A stretch of DNA of 64,000 nt from Eledone cirrhosa. Its lineage: Eukaryota. Below the pieces are notes generated by a model, which saw only the letters and a program-made list of their open reading frames with translations, did not search any database and was not told the DNA's origin. Location of the stretch: the NCBI GenBank assembly GCA_964016885.1, contig OZ024743.1, forward strand, positions 219,480,001 to 219,544,000, read 5' to 3'. Position numbers and translations under genes: made by a program. Numbering within the stretch: position 1 is the stretch's first letter; each line of letters starts with the position of its first letter. Shown in pieces: positions 13,501 to 24,596 of the stretch.

Positions 13501-14519
13501 TGTCATCTACCCACATTAATTACCCCCACTTCTTAGCTAGTTATTTGTCCCTCCCCTACCTAAGCTATGCCCTATTTTTTTCAGTTTTTATCTTATCTCC
13601 CATCTGATATTAACACCATTTCTTATTAACTCCACTTTACATGTATCTGATTTAATGTAGATTCTTTATCTCGCAACCCCTTCTGTAGTTAATGACTTTA
13701 TTTTTTTTCCTTTTTTAAATATATTACTATTTACACATTTCTTTGAACCTATAGATACCTTATTTAATTTAATTTCCTTTAAATTTTTCAATGTTCCTTA
13801 GTACAATACAAATATTTCCCATCATTATTTTAATGTTTTTTTTAAAGTGATTTCTCATTGACTTGACCTTCATGTAGCCGTCCAATAATAATTAAATATA
13901 GTTCTTATACCTTAACATTTGGATCATTTATTTCTAATATATATAATTTTCATTTGTATTTACTGCTTATTTATCTCCCTTGATTACAAATTATCTCCCT
14001 TTGGCAATTTTACCTCTGATCGCACTAAGTTTTCTCTAAATGCCATGTTTATTGAAATGTTAACGGCTTTTCGCTATATGCACCTGTTTAAAATGATGAC
14101 TATATCTATCCAACTATTGCTTTTATTGTAGGATCATCTCATCAGTGATATGTAAATAATTTTTTGCATTAAGATGTTTATTTCTTTATTTTTGGCTTTG
14201 ATGAGGGCGCTGAATATTATATTGGTTTTCACTGTACATTCACCGATTTTAGGATCGGTAAGCATTTACTCCATGTACAAATTAATCTTTCGGATTCCGA
14301 AACAAGTTATCAGCCAGTAAATATCCATATTCAAAAATTTGTTGTTGTTTTCTCAGACATGTAATACATGTTTTTTTTGCTCTGCGTATAATAATTTTGC
14401 TAGACATAATTTCTATAAATTACTCACATTTTTCGCATCGAACACACTATCCCTCTCTCTATTGGCTTGTAATTTTCTTAACTAATCAATTTCCTCTCCT
14501 ATTTGATAAGTTTGCTTAC

Positions 14520-14589
<70 letters not shown>

Positions 14590-15564
14590 AGAGTATTGAA
14601 GTTTGCTTGAAGCATTGTGGAATAATAGGTAAATATCTTTAAGTCGTTTGGAAGCCTCGACAATGCAAATGGGTAAATCACCGGGTAACAAGATCCGGTG
14701 GTGGAGAGAGAGATGGGTGGCGTGTATAAGACGTGTAGAGGAATTTTTCTTCATTCCTCTACACGTCGTATACACGCCACGCATCTCAACGTACACCCAC
14801 TTACATCTCTCTCTCTCCACCACCGGATCTTGTTACCCGGAGATTTACTCATTTGCATTGTCGAGGCTTCCAAACGACTTAAAGATATATATATATTATA
14901 TATATATATAGTAATAATTGTTTCTACTTAATAAATGTGAAGACTAAAATCCAAAGAGCGCTCGATAAGGATAAATATATATCAAATATATAAGAACCCT
15001 AGAGCAAATATGAGAATAACAGATTAAAGTTTAAGCAAAGAATCGCTGCTTTCACCCTTAATGGGATCTGAGTTTCAGAAGATCCTGTTTCAGAGAGAGA
15101 GAGAGAGAGAATGTGTGTGAAAGATAGATAAAATTGAAATTTGTTTCAAGAAAAAAAAAAGCAGGTTCTTGTTGTTATTGAGAGAGAGAGAGAGGGTGTG
15201 TACAAGATAGATAGGTAGAGAGAGTTGTCACCACACTAAGAGTTTTGATTGAAAATGTGGAAAAAATGTGTGTGTGTATGTGTTTCCGTATGTCCCAAGG
15301 AAAACCTGGGCTGCAACTAGTAATTATAATAAAGATTATATTGAAAAACAAAACAAAAAACTCACCAGCTGTCGGAAATGCAAAAATAAAAATGTCATCA
15401 TCCTTGATTGGAAACTTGTGAATCTTAGATAGCACTGATGCAACGGATTTAGACTCTGGCAAAGCAACTCCATTATACCAATGAACAGCAAATGAGTTAC
15501 CATCTTTGTCATACACCAGACTACGAGAATTTTCAATTTCTACTTTTATTTTCTCACAATCCAT
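6758..15564 (-). CDS. Cytosolic sulfotransferase (SULT-like), 5 coding exons, 299 aa
   Basis: Exons 15366-15564, 11532-11849, 10687-10784, 9734-9911 and 6758-6864 have GT-AG junctions in matching phases and sum to 900 nt; motifs FPTAGTHW, PRLLNSH, VRNPKAVVVSYY, PYGDYFEY, CSFDKMK, YRSGKVSAWK. Confidence 0.9.
7588..9601 (+). mobile_element. Decayed 5'-truncated RTE-clade LINE within the last sulfotransferase intron
   Basis: IPNDWHSS, YRGIRLMDQVMKVTERV, AFVDL, LLYADD with stops; 3' tail CCCATGCTAACATGGAAAAATGGACGTTAAACGATGA; (TA)n on both flanks. Confidence 0.9.
9734..9911 (-). CDS. Sulfotransferase coding exon 4 (NLPNTVSTIAEFLGKDI...CSFDKMKK...YSFYRS)
   Basis: tttcttag acceptor, gtaagt donor, phase 0 to 1. 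Confidence 0.88.
10050..10480. mobile_element. piggyBac-like MITE (family also at about 34018-34250 and partly 48990-49100)
   Basis: TTAA-CCCATTTGATACC start; homology to 34018-34250, which ends AAAAGG-TTAA. Confidence 0.5.
10687..10784 (-). CDS. Sulfotransferase coding exon 3 (VPYGDYFEYIKQWWQVVKDNPNALIITYKDASE)
   Basis: tacag acceptor, gtaaat donor, 98 nt, phase 1 to 0. Confidence 0.88.
11040..11230. mobile_element. Mariner-like MITE (also about 15750-15950, 49994-50198, partial 46520-46600)
   Basis: TIRs (GGGT)CAGCTGAAAAGTTCATAGG / CCTATGAACT.TTCAGCTGACCC in dispersed copies. Confidence 0.65.
11532..11849 (-). CDS. Sulfotransferase coding exon 2 (GTHWIWEV...PRLLNSH...RNPKAVVVSYY...FMKGN)
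   Basis: ttttacag acceptor, gtaaat donor; catalytic His and 3'-PB motif. Confidence 0.92.
12005..14500 (-). mobile_element. Decayed Penelope-like element (RT region), interrupted by a CR1 fragment
   Basis: ITMGSSDSAQVTDLVG, GGLYRDDV, NFLDATLDL, PYHKP (PLE RT motifs) at 12050-12420; NPSIRLI at about 13210-13230. Confidence 0.7.
12565..13090 (-). mobile_element. CR1-like LINE 3' end
   Basis: VQRRATK, LPYSERLASLGMNTLKLR, THGHAHKV, VAVAWNKLPASVV; (ATT)n tail. Confidence 0.8.
14633..14888. mobile_element. Foldback MITE with long inverted arms
   Basis: ATATCTTTAAGTCGTTTGGAAGCCTCGACAATGCAAATG... is mirrored by ...CATTTGCATTGTCGAGGCTTCCAAACGACTTAAAGATAT; next to (TA)n. Confidence 0.85.
15366..15564 (-). 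CDS. Sulfotransferase coding exon 1 (MDCEKIK...DDDIFIFAFPTAG)
   Basis: ATG at 15564, gtgag donor; an acceptor (ttttcag) 8 nt upstream implies a further non-coding 5' exon. Confidence 0.88.
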
Positions 15565-15649
15565 GATACTTTCTGAAAAATTGCAAAATTTTGAGATAAT
15601 TAAAAATAATTATTCATTTCTTCAGCATAAATGTATTTGTGGTGATATG

Positions 15650-16110
15650 AGGGCATGTGGTTTAGTGGTTAGGGTGTTAGGCTGATGGTTGTAAGTTCAT
15701 GTGTTTAATTCCCAGCAGTGCATTCTTAAGCAAAACACTTTACTTCACTTATAAGGGTCAGTTGTAAAGTTCATAGGCTGACCAAGATACTCTCATGGGA
15801 TGACTAAGATGACTAAATGAGGTTTATTTTGCAACATAGTTTATGGAGAGAAACAGTTATTAATAAGAAGAGTCAAAATTAATGCAAGCAAGATTTCAGA
15901 ATTCTAACATCACTCTTTCATAATCAGCCTAGAAACTTTTCAGCAGACCCATTGTAGTTTGACACCCTCTGTGTCATGCTGAATTTTCCAGAGAACTACC
16001 TTGAGGTTGCACATAGTGCTCAGCCACATGCGAGTTCATTTCACAAGCAGGCTGTTCCATGGACCAAATCGACTGGAATACCTGTCGTTGTATTCTGACA
16101 GAGGTCCAAC
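15650..16110 (+). mobile_element. tRNA-derived SINE, family B (copies at about 33520-33930, 41380-41650, 44210-44440, 46830-47100, 57787-58090)
   Basis: Head GTGGTTTAGTGGTTAGGG, TTGAACAAGACACTTTATTTC and shared body CTTGTCACACA...GAGAACTAC.TTAAGGGTACA...CAGGCTGTTCC. Confidence 0.65.
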
Positions 16111-18139
16111 AACAGTTGCAGTGATAAACTACAAACTGTTGTAGACATGTTCATGCATGCATGATTGCTTAAATATCTTTTATAGTTTAGTCAAAAGGAT
16201 TGGTGAGAGGAAGTTTGGGGGCCATGCTGCTAATGGTTTTCATTGATTGGTTCAGGTCATGTGGTGTTGATGAGTCGTTTGTACTTTCAGGTGTGTGCCA
16301 ACGGCTAATCTTGTAATTTTATCCTAGCACCCAATGAGGTCAGTATTAGAACAGTTCCTCCACTATACAGTGGTGGCCATAACTGGACTCCGAAACCTAA
16401 GGTCGCATATACATGTTAGGTGTCTGAAATATTAATTATACTAAATAAGCTCTCTTGCATTAGATTGTGCATTGTTTTCTTTGGCTTTTTAACTCCGAAT
16501 ATCCTGGATACATATAAACATATTGTGTATGTGTGGTGTGTATAAGTGACCTCTGATTAGGAAATGACCCCTGGTCACCTGCCATTTCCATACCCCTGAA
16601 TTACACAACACCACAATTCTCAGATTTCAGCCTTGTTTCACAAACTTCAGTCATCATTGGAACCACCATTCTGAATTGTTTTAATTTGGCACCTCAGGTC
16701 TTTTGACTCCCATCACACACATTTTTACACATACCCAGATCTTACATATATATACACGTACACATACACAATAAAATCAAGGACATTTATGCACCCTTTA
16801 CTCACATACACAAACATACAAACCAATATACACAATACATTTCTAATCAAACATCAACACTTTCATATCCAAACAAAGCACACATCTTTAACACATACAG
16901 AATAATACAATTACACATTCATATAACCCTGACATACAAAACACCCCACACATGGTAGCTAACTGAATACATTGTTGTATAATATATACAAATGTGGTGA
17001 ATTGGCAGTCGTTAGAACATTGGATTGAATGCTTTGCAGTATTCATTCCATCTCTCTGCTCTCTAAGTTCAAATTCCACAGAAGTCAACTTTGCTTTTCA
17101 TGCATTTAAGGTTAAAAAAAGTACCAGTCTAGTACTGGAGTTAATTCTTCCTCTAAATCTCTTTCTCACTTCCTTTCTCTCACTATCTATCTGTCCCCAG
17201 AAGAAATTTGCTGTATTTAGACCTGAAGAGATGGACTCTGCCAGGTTTTAAAAAATGCTCTAAAAATGCTGTATGTAAATATGGTGCCCCTACGATTTCC
17301 TCAAGAGTTACAGGTTCATACATACGTATTTTTCCAGTGACAATCATAAAAAACATACAGCTGAAAAACAATACTCCACACCATAGTCTTCCACTTACTT
17401 ATCCTCCATCTGTCAGTCTGTCTATCTGCCTCTATGTTTTAATAAGTGACAGATCTGCTTTGAACAATTTTATTTATTCTAGTTTGAATTATATATTCTT
17501 GCAACTCTGTTCTTGGTCTTTACATAAGTAGCCTGATTGAGAGCTTTAGTTTATATTCAGATTTTGAATTTCCCTAAAAATGATCAGTTTTTGACTGACT
17601 TCCTCTTTGGGAGCAGTCATATGTCACTATAGGTTTGAAGTAGCTACAGGACTTGTATGAATCATTTAAACATACTTTTCCATTTGAGGGAGGCGACCAC
17701 CCTCCAAGGATGTGTTTTCCAGCATCAAGTTATGTAATATCTGCAGATATTATCTAACTACTGTGAATGATGGTTCCAGTTGGAACTGTATTTAACAGAC
17801 TGGAGCACATAAACTGCTTGACATTCTTGGTTTTTAATATATACAAATATTATCCACACGTAGTTGTTTATACTACTGATTAATGCCTGTGTGCACTCTG
17901 AGTTATAGGTTTGTATCTCCAATGTACGAATCTTGTAACATCATGAAGTGAGTAAGTGACATCTGAAGCTGTACTGAATCTCTTGTGACAAGCATCCGTT
18001 TCCAGCTGATCCTGCTCGATCCCCAAGCGAAACCAGCTGAGCTCATGCATGTTATCCGACCATCATGCTTAAGGTCTACCTCTGGGTCTCCTGCCAGTTG
18101 GTTTTGCTCATAAAATCTGTCTAATGATTCTTTCCACAT

Positions 18140-19056
18140 ACTAGACAGGGGTGGAGTGTCAACATGTAATTTTTATTTTCATTTCGATTAAAACAATATA
18201 ACATTTTATCTAAAATAATCTTTCTATAGTCAACTATAGTAAACCAAAACCACGATGTCACATTTTGTATATGAGTGTGTATGTGTCTGTGCGTGTGTTT
18301 GCGAGTTCGTTACGTACGTTATGCCTCAGAGAATTAAACATCACATCTACACATACATATAGCCTTAGTAAGTTGCATACACATTATCTTCACACACAGA
18401 GAATTAAACACACACACATATATATGTGATTACTGACAAGTAATAGGTGTCTGTCGTAGTATGTGTATGTGAGAGTGTGTGTGAGTGCATGTGTGATAAT
18501 TCTTATTTTCATTTGGAATAAAACAATAGTAAATAACACAACAACGTCACATTTTGTATATGAATGTGTATGTGTCTGTGAGTGTGTGTTCGTTAGGTAC
18601 GTTATTAGATACACACACACATCTATACATACCTATACATATGTGACGACTAACAAAAAAATGAGGTGAAAAGCTATGCGTGTGTTTGCGACACACGCAC
18701 ACCTACACATACATATGTGATGACTGACAAAAAAAAAAAAAGATATGAAAAGCTATGCATGTGTCTGTCTTAGTATATGTATGTGAGAGTGTATGCATGA
18801 GTATGCAGCAACAATTTATTCATTTGGACACCAACAAAAAATTACACAATGAATATTTTTTTGCCCTAAGGTGCTTCAAAATTGACAGATTTTCATTTCT
18901 AAATTCTATTATCATTAGAATTTTGATATTTAAAAACAATAAAATATAGATATTTTGAAATAATTATGAGAAAAAAAAAACATATCTTCATATTTATTGT
19001 TTACTAATCTGAATAAGAACAGCAGTAACCCTGGTAACACCGGGTAATTCAGCTAG
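18140..19056 (+). mobile_element. Probable non-autonomous Helitron remnant
   Basis: 3' hairpin CCCTGGTAACACCGGG followed by TAATTCAGCTAG, similar to the Helitron end at 31410-31436; 5' limit uncertain. Confidence 0.4.
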
Positions 19057-19342
19057 ATTCTTATAATAAGCAGTACAAAAGGCTGTTTCATACTTCTTTG
19101 ACCTATTAAAAAAATAAAAGCATGTATACAAAATCCTATTGTGCTAAAAGTAACAATTACAGATGAAGCAAATTTTTCATTAAAATATTACGTCTTGAAC
19201 CCATTGATATCAAAAGTTATTTGGCCAGCAGCTCTTGTGTATATGTAAGTATGTCAACATGAATGGAGCAGTTATTTTTATCTAAAAACATTTTTTTTCA
19301 CCCCCCCTCCCCCCCCCTCAATCTATTTTATTTCTCATTCTT

Positions 19343-19378
19343 TCTTCTGATGAAGGACTAGCGTCCAAAACGTTAAGA
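19343..19378 (+). ncRNA. Degenerate hammerhead motif in a Penelope-like terminal repeat remnant
   Basis: TCTT-CTGATGA-A-GGAC-TAGC-GTCC-AAAA-CGTT-AAGA; the core GAAA reads AAAA. Confidence 0.55.
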
Positions 19379-19540
19379 CCCTCTTCCTGCTATATCAAGC
19401 GTTAACCTAATATATACCTTCCATATATTGTACCGATTGTGTTGTTATTTCTGTTTACCTTTTACACACACACACACACATATATATATATGGAAGGTGG
19501 ACATTAAACGATGATGATGATGATATATATACATATATAT

Positions 19541-20075
19541 CATCATCATCATCATCATTACCGTTTTACGTCCATTCTTCCATGCTCGCATGGGTTAGGC
19601 GGGTTGTCCTGTTGTGGGCAATGCCAGGTCGGGTGACCATGTCTTGCTCATACGGGAACTGATTTGGGCTTGATTTCTACAGCTGGATGCCCTTCCTAAC
19701 ACCAGCCTCCACGACCACTTTGCAGTGGGGGGTATATTGTCTATATGCTTCGGCTTGTACCTGTTGGAAGTCGGGTCTTCTGTATTACTGCTTAACGCCA
19801 GAGGTCTCGGTCCTATCGCCTTTGAGAGGTGCAATTTGGCAAGGTCAGCTTTTATCCCCTCATCCCAGGTCTTCTTGGGTCTCCCCACTCCAAGGCTTCC
19901 ATCGACTTTTAGTGCTCTGCACCTGTCATCCTTCATACGCATCACATGTCCATACCAATGCAACCTCCTCTCTTGCACACAGCATTTGATTCCTCTTATG
20001 CTCAGTCTCTCTCTCAATTCGTATATGCTTTGCCGTTCATGTATATTACTATTACACATCCTCGTTTCTTTCTAA
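19541..20075 (-). mobile_element. RTE LINE 3' fragment (same family as 28162-29690)
   Basis: RRLHWYGHVMRM...GRPKKTWDE; (GAT)n tail; flanked by (TA)n. Confidence 0.85.
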
Positions 20076-20269
20076 TCTACGCATATATATATATATTAAA
20101 TGACAAAATAAGAGGAAATAATAGACAAAAATACCTATTGATTCTTCAAAGTCCTGACTGCGCAGTTTCGCTGATCCATATGCAAGTGCATTATAGAAAT
20201 GCACCATCGTTGTGAGGCAAATCAGTTTTTCAAGGGACACCCCAGAATTTCAATCTTGGGAGGGTTTTA

Positions 20270-20632
20270 GTGGTGTTAGTAGGGGTGTGTGTAGGGGAGG
20301 GGGAAGGGACAGTCGAAGGTTAAAGGAAGAGGGGTGGAGAGTTCAAGCCGGGGGGGGGGGGTCTGTAGGGTGAAGATGGTGTGTTGTTCGGCCCTAAGGC
20401 GGGGTGCGGGGGGTCCCATGGTTCGATCAGGCCACAGATGGTGAGGTTGTTGGCAATGGGGGAACTCCCGCCGAGACGAATATCTCGGAGGTGCTCCGTG
20501 AACCGATCCGCCAAGCGATGTCCGGTCTGTCCGACATAGGTTGCGCTGCATTCCGTGCAGCGAATTCCATAGACGAGGTTGGAGGGGGTGTAGCGGAAGA
20601 CATGTTGGACAGAGAGAGAGAGTGGCCGTTCG
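20270..20632 (-). mobile_element. Penelope-like GIY-YIG endonuclease fragment
   Basis: [35 protein letters not shown]: GIY-YIG with the PLE-type CxxC, followed by a C-rich tail. Confidence 0.85.
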
Positions 20633-23600
20633 GAAGGTGGTGGTGCTAACATTTGTCCAGGAAGAGACAAGGTGGTACCATAAAGAAGTTCAGCAGAAGA
20701 AAAACCTAAATCTGTCTTAATGGCAGCACGACAACCAAGAAGCACGATAGGCAAAAATTCAGTCCAACGTTGTGGATCAGGAGTAGCGCGAAGTGCAGCT
20801 TTCAACTGTCTATGAAACCTCTCGATCATTCCATTGGAGGCTGGGTGATAGCTGGTCATATGGATGTGATGAGCACCCAAGAGTCGTGATATTTCACGAA
20901 ATAAGGAAGCCTCAAATTGGCGTCCACGATCCGTAGTTATTTTAGTAGGAACACCAAAACGAGCAATCCAATTGGAAATGAAAGCTCGGGCAACGGACTC
21001 TGCTGTTATGTCCATGAGGGGTATGGCTTCAGGCCACCGAGAGAAACAATCGATACAAGTCAATATGTATGTGAATCCACGACTAACGGGCCATGGACCA
21101 ACAATATCCATGTGTATATGACAAACGTGCGTCTGGCGGGCTGAATTTCCCAAGAGGAGCGCGGACATGCTGATGAATCTTAGAGCGCTGACACTTCAAG
21201 CAAGAACGTGCCCAACTGGTGATTAAACGACGTATATTAGGCCAGAAGAATCGAGCCGTAATGAGCTTCACCGTGGCAGCTATGCCAGGATGTGACAAGG
21301 AATGAAGTGTATCAAAAACGATACGTTGATGACAATCTGGAACAAGTGGTCTGGGTGAGCCAGTAGAAACATCGCAGAGAATTTTCCCTTCAGAAGATGG
21401 AAGAGGTAAATATTCCAATTTGCAGCAGGAGAACTGGTCAACGAATCCAAAGTAGGTTGGTCAGTTGCAATGGCAACTAAATCGATATGTGCAGGAGACG
21501 CAAGAGAACACACAGAAAGTCGAGATAGTGCATCTGCAGGTATGTTGGAAGTTCCAGCTATGTGACGAATGTCACTGGTATACTGTGAGATGAGATCCAG
21601 ATGCCTATACGCTCTCGGAGAGTACTTGTTGGACTTGGATTGTAAAGCGAACGTTAACGGTTTGTAGTCCGTGAATATCGTGAACTCTCGCCCCTCCAAA
21701 GGTGGTGGAAGTGCTTCACAGCAAGATAAATCGCCAAAAGTTCTGTCAAAAGTGCTGTATATCTGTTCGGCTGGTTTTAATTGGCGAGAGAAAAATGCCA
21801 ATGGTTGAACTTGGTGATCGATTACATGATGCAAAACTGCGCCAACAGCATGATCAGATGCATCAACAGATAAGGAAAGTCTTGCATTTGCAACAGGATG
21901 GGCAAGGAAGGAAACTTTAGCTAGCTCAGACTTGACGGATTTAAAAGACTGCAATGCATCGGCAGAAAGTGAAATTTTTTCATCTTTCTTTTTTGCAGCC
22001 CTTAAAAACTGTGTCAAGGGGAATAGCTTGTCCGCACAGTTAGGAATAAAGCGCCGATAAAAGTTAATGGCTTCTGAATCTATAAGGTGACCGATGAATT
22101 CCAGTGAATCTGCACCAAACACACATTTAGCTGGGTTGATTCTGACTTGGTACGATTGGAGACGTTGAAATAACTGAGATAGATGTTGATGATGGTGTTC
22201 ATCCGAATCACTGGCTATCAGGAGATCATCAACGTAAGCAAACACGAAATCCAATCCACGCGTGACTTCATCGATAAAACGCTGGAACGTACTAGAAGCA
22301 TTCCGCAAACCAAAAGGCATGGATAGGAATTCAAACGAACCAAAAGGGGTGGTCACAGCTGTTTTTGGTATGTCTTCCGGATGCATGGGTATTTGATGGT
22401 AAGGCCATACCAGATCTATTTTAGAAAATATCTTGCATCCATGCAGAGCGGATGAAAAATCCTGTAAATTTGGTAGAGGATAACGAGCAGGTGTTGTGAT
22501 AGCGTTAAGTCGTCTATAATCACCCACAGGTCTAAAATCCGCTTCACCCTTACGAGCCAAATGAAGCGGGGATGCCCATGGGCTGGTGGACGGTCATATA
22601 AGACCAAGCTGAAGCATGTGATCGAACTCATCTCTGACTTTTTTTAGCCTGTCTGGAGCCAGCCTACGTGGCCGAGAAAAAACAGGCGGAGCAGTTGTTG
22701 TAATAAAATGTCGAGTCGAGTGGATTACTTGGTTCGGTTTAAATGAAATGTCAGTTAACTCGGGAAACGAGGCAAGAAGAGAATGAAGCTGGTTTCCAGA
22801 GACAGCTATGAAACATGCGGGACTTATGGTGGCAACAGTAGAACCATGAGCAGGCGTAGATAAAGATGTGGTGCCATCCACAAGTTTCTGTTTCCTGACA
22901 TCTACTAACAGTGAGTAGTGGTGTAAAAACTCCACACCGAGAATAGGGTGGGGTAGGTCCGCTACAACGAAAATCCATTTGAAATCCCGACGCAAAGCTA
23001 GGTTCAATGATAGAGATATTTGTCCATGAGTTTTTATAGGAGACTGGTTTACTGCATACAAGGAAATACTGGAAAAATTTGGCTTGGTACAGGTGAAACG
23101 AAGGGGCCAAATACTGCAGCTAGATCCTGTGTCGCCCATAAACGATTTGTTTGAAATTCGATCTTTTATGAAAAAGGCACGATAAGGAGAATTAATGGGG
23201 GAGAGACCTGCCGTGCCCAGACTCTCCAGGTTTAGTTTTCTGAAGTCCCGAAAGAGCAGGATTGAATACAATGATTTGCCTTTTCACGAAAACGCACGTG
23301 ATACCAACATAAAGACGAGTTGTTGGCGGGGATTTCGGCGCGACGATGAAAAGAAGGAGAACGACCGCGTGGACGCCATCTGGAATGTGATCGTTCCCGA
23401 CACAGTTTAGTCACTTGACGAGTTAGCACGTCAATGGCTCTCAGTATAGAGTCCTCACGAGGTGGAACAGGCTGTGCTTTAAAAGTAGAAGAAGCAATGT
23501 GTGGATTGCCGAAGTAGGTACTCGAGAAAATTCCATTATGCGGTCCGCTGAGGCTGCAATTTGGTCCAGAGAACTGGTGTCGACTATATTTGCCAGTATG

Positions 23601-24350
23601 GTCTGCACATTTGTTGGCAAACGGGAGAAGAATAATTGTTTTACAAAAGAGTTGTCCTCTGCTGTTGAGTCGCTCAGTTCCCGGATGCGCCGTAAAAACT
23701 GGGACGGGGTTCTATCTCCCAGGTTTTCCTCCTCCAACAAGGAACAAAATTTGCTCTCAGACGAACGGCTGTTCCGTCTGAGCACTTCTGCCTTTAGGGT
23801 TTCGTAAGTGACGCCTTGTGGGGGATCTGTGATGATATCCTTTACTGACACGGCGAGCGAGGCAGGGATTCCGTTTATGAGCACGTGTAACCTTTGTTGT
23901 GCCGCTTGGACGCCATGTGCAACAAAATACGAATCTAGTTGTGCAAACCACAACTCTGCATCACATGAATACGTCGGTAGCAAAGAATTGCTCATCAGAA
24001 TGTAGTAGCCGCTGGGTGAAATGTTTTTTTGTTTTTTTTTAACTGCGCACATGTGGTTTAACTTCCATGAATCAGCCAATGACAACACATTTGAAAGAAA
24101 ATTAGTTGTATTTTCAAAAATATATGCACACGTGGTGGTAACATGAATAGTTGAAGTGATGTAACAGGGAGGAAGCAAAATGGCGAATACAAAACGAAGG
24201 CTTTGTTGAAAACGAAGACATGAGGTGCAAAAAAAATTTTTTTTTTTCTTTATGCGTATCCGGAAATTATCATTTTTTTTTTTTCTTTTTCTTTTTTTTT
24301 TTTTTCTTTTTCTTTACGTCGGGTCACCATTTTAGTGTGCTGCTAGAGAG
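20633..24350 (-). mobile_element. Ty3/Gypsy retrotransposon relic, CsRn1/Kabuki-like (gag-PR-RT-RNaseH-IN), frameshifted, LTRs not found
   Basis: Gag DAELWFAQL and LGDRTPSQFLR; CHCC knuckle CWYH-x8-C-x3-C; protease DTGS; RT YVDD; RNase H DAS and ADALSR; integrase HSLSH...[26 protein letters not shown]. Confidence 0.93.
24316..24329 (-). promoter_or_regulatory. Primer-binding site, tRNA-Trp-like
   Basis: TGGTGACCCGACGT upstream of gag, one C shorter than the tRNA-Trp PBS TGGTGACCCCGACGT typical of the CsRn1 clade. Confidence 0.75.
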
Positions 24351-24354
24351 CGCT

Positions 24355-24388
<34 letters not shown>

Positions 24389-24560
24389 GCGTGTCTCCAT
24401 GTATGTATGCATGCATGAATGAATGAATGACTACAGTAAGCTAGACAACCAGTGGTTCTAACTGTTAGCACTATCATATATTTTGGTTTCTATTAATTCC
24501 CTAGAGAATTAAAATATAACACAAATATAAACACGTATAATAAATGACATAATACTTATT

Positions 24561-24594
<34 letters not shown>

Positions 24595-24596
<2 letters not shown>

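Noticed and set aside
15366-15375. Editing restoring the PSB-loop lysine of the sulfotransferase
   Set aside because: The codon is ACA; A-to-I editing would give GCA or ACG, never AAA.
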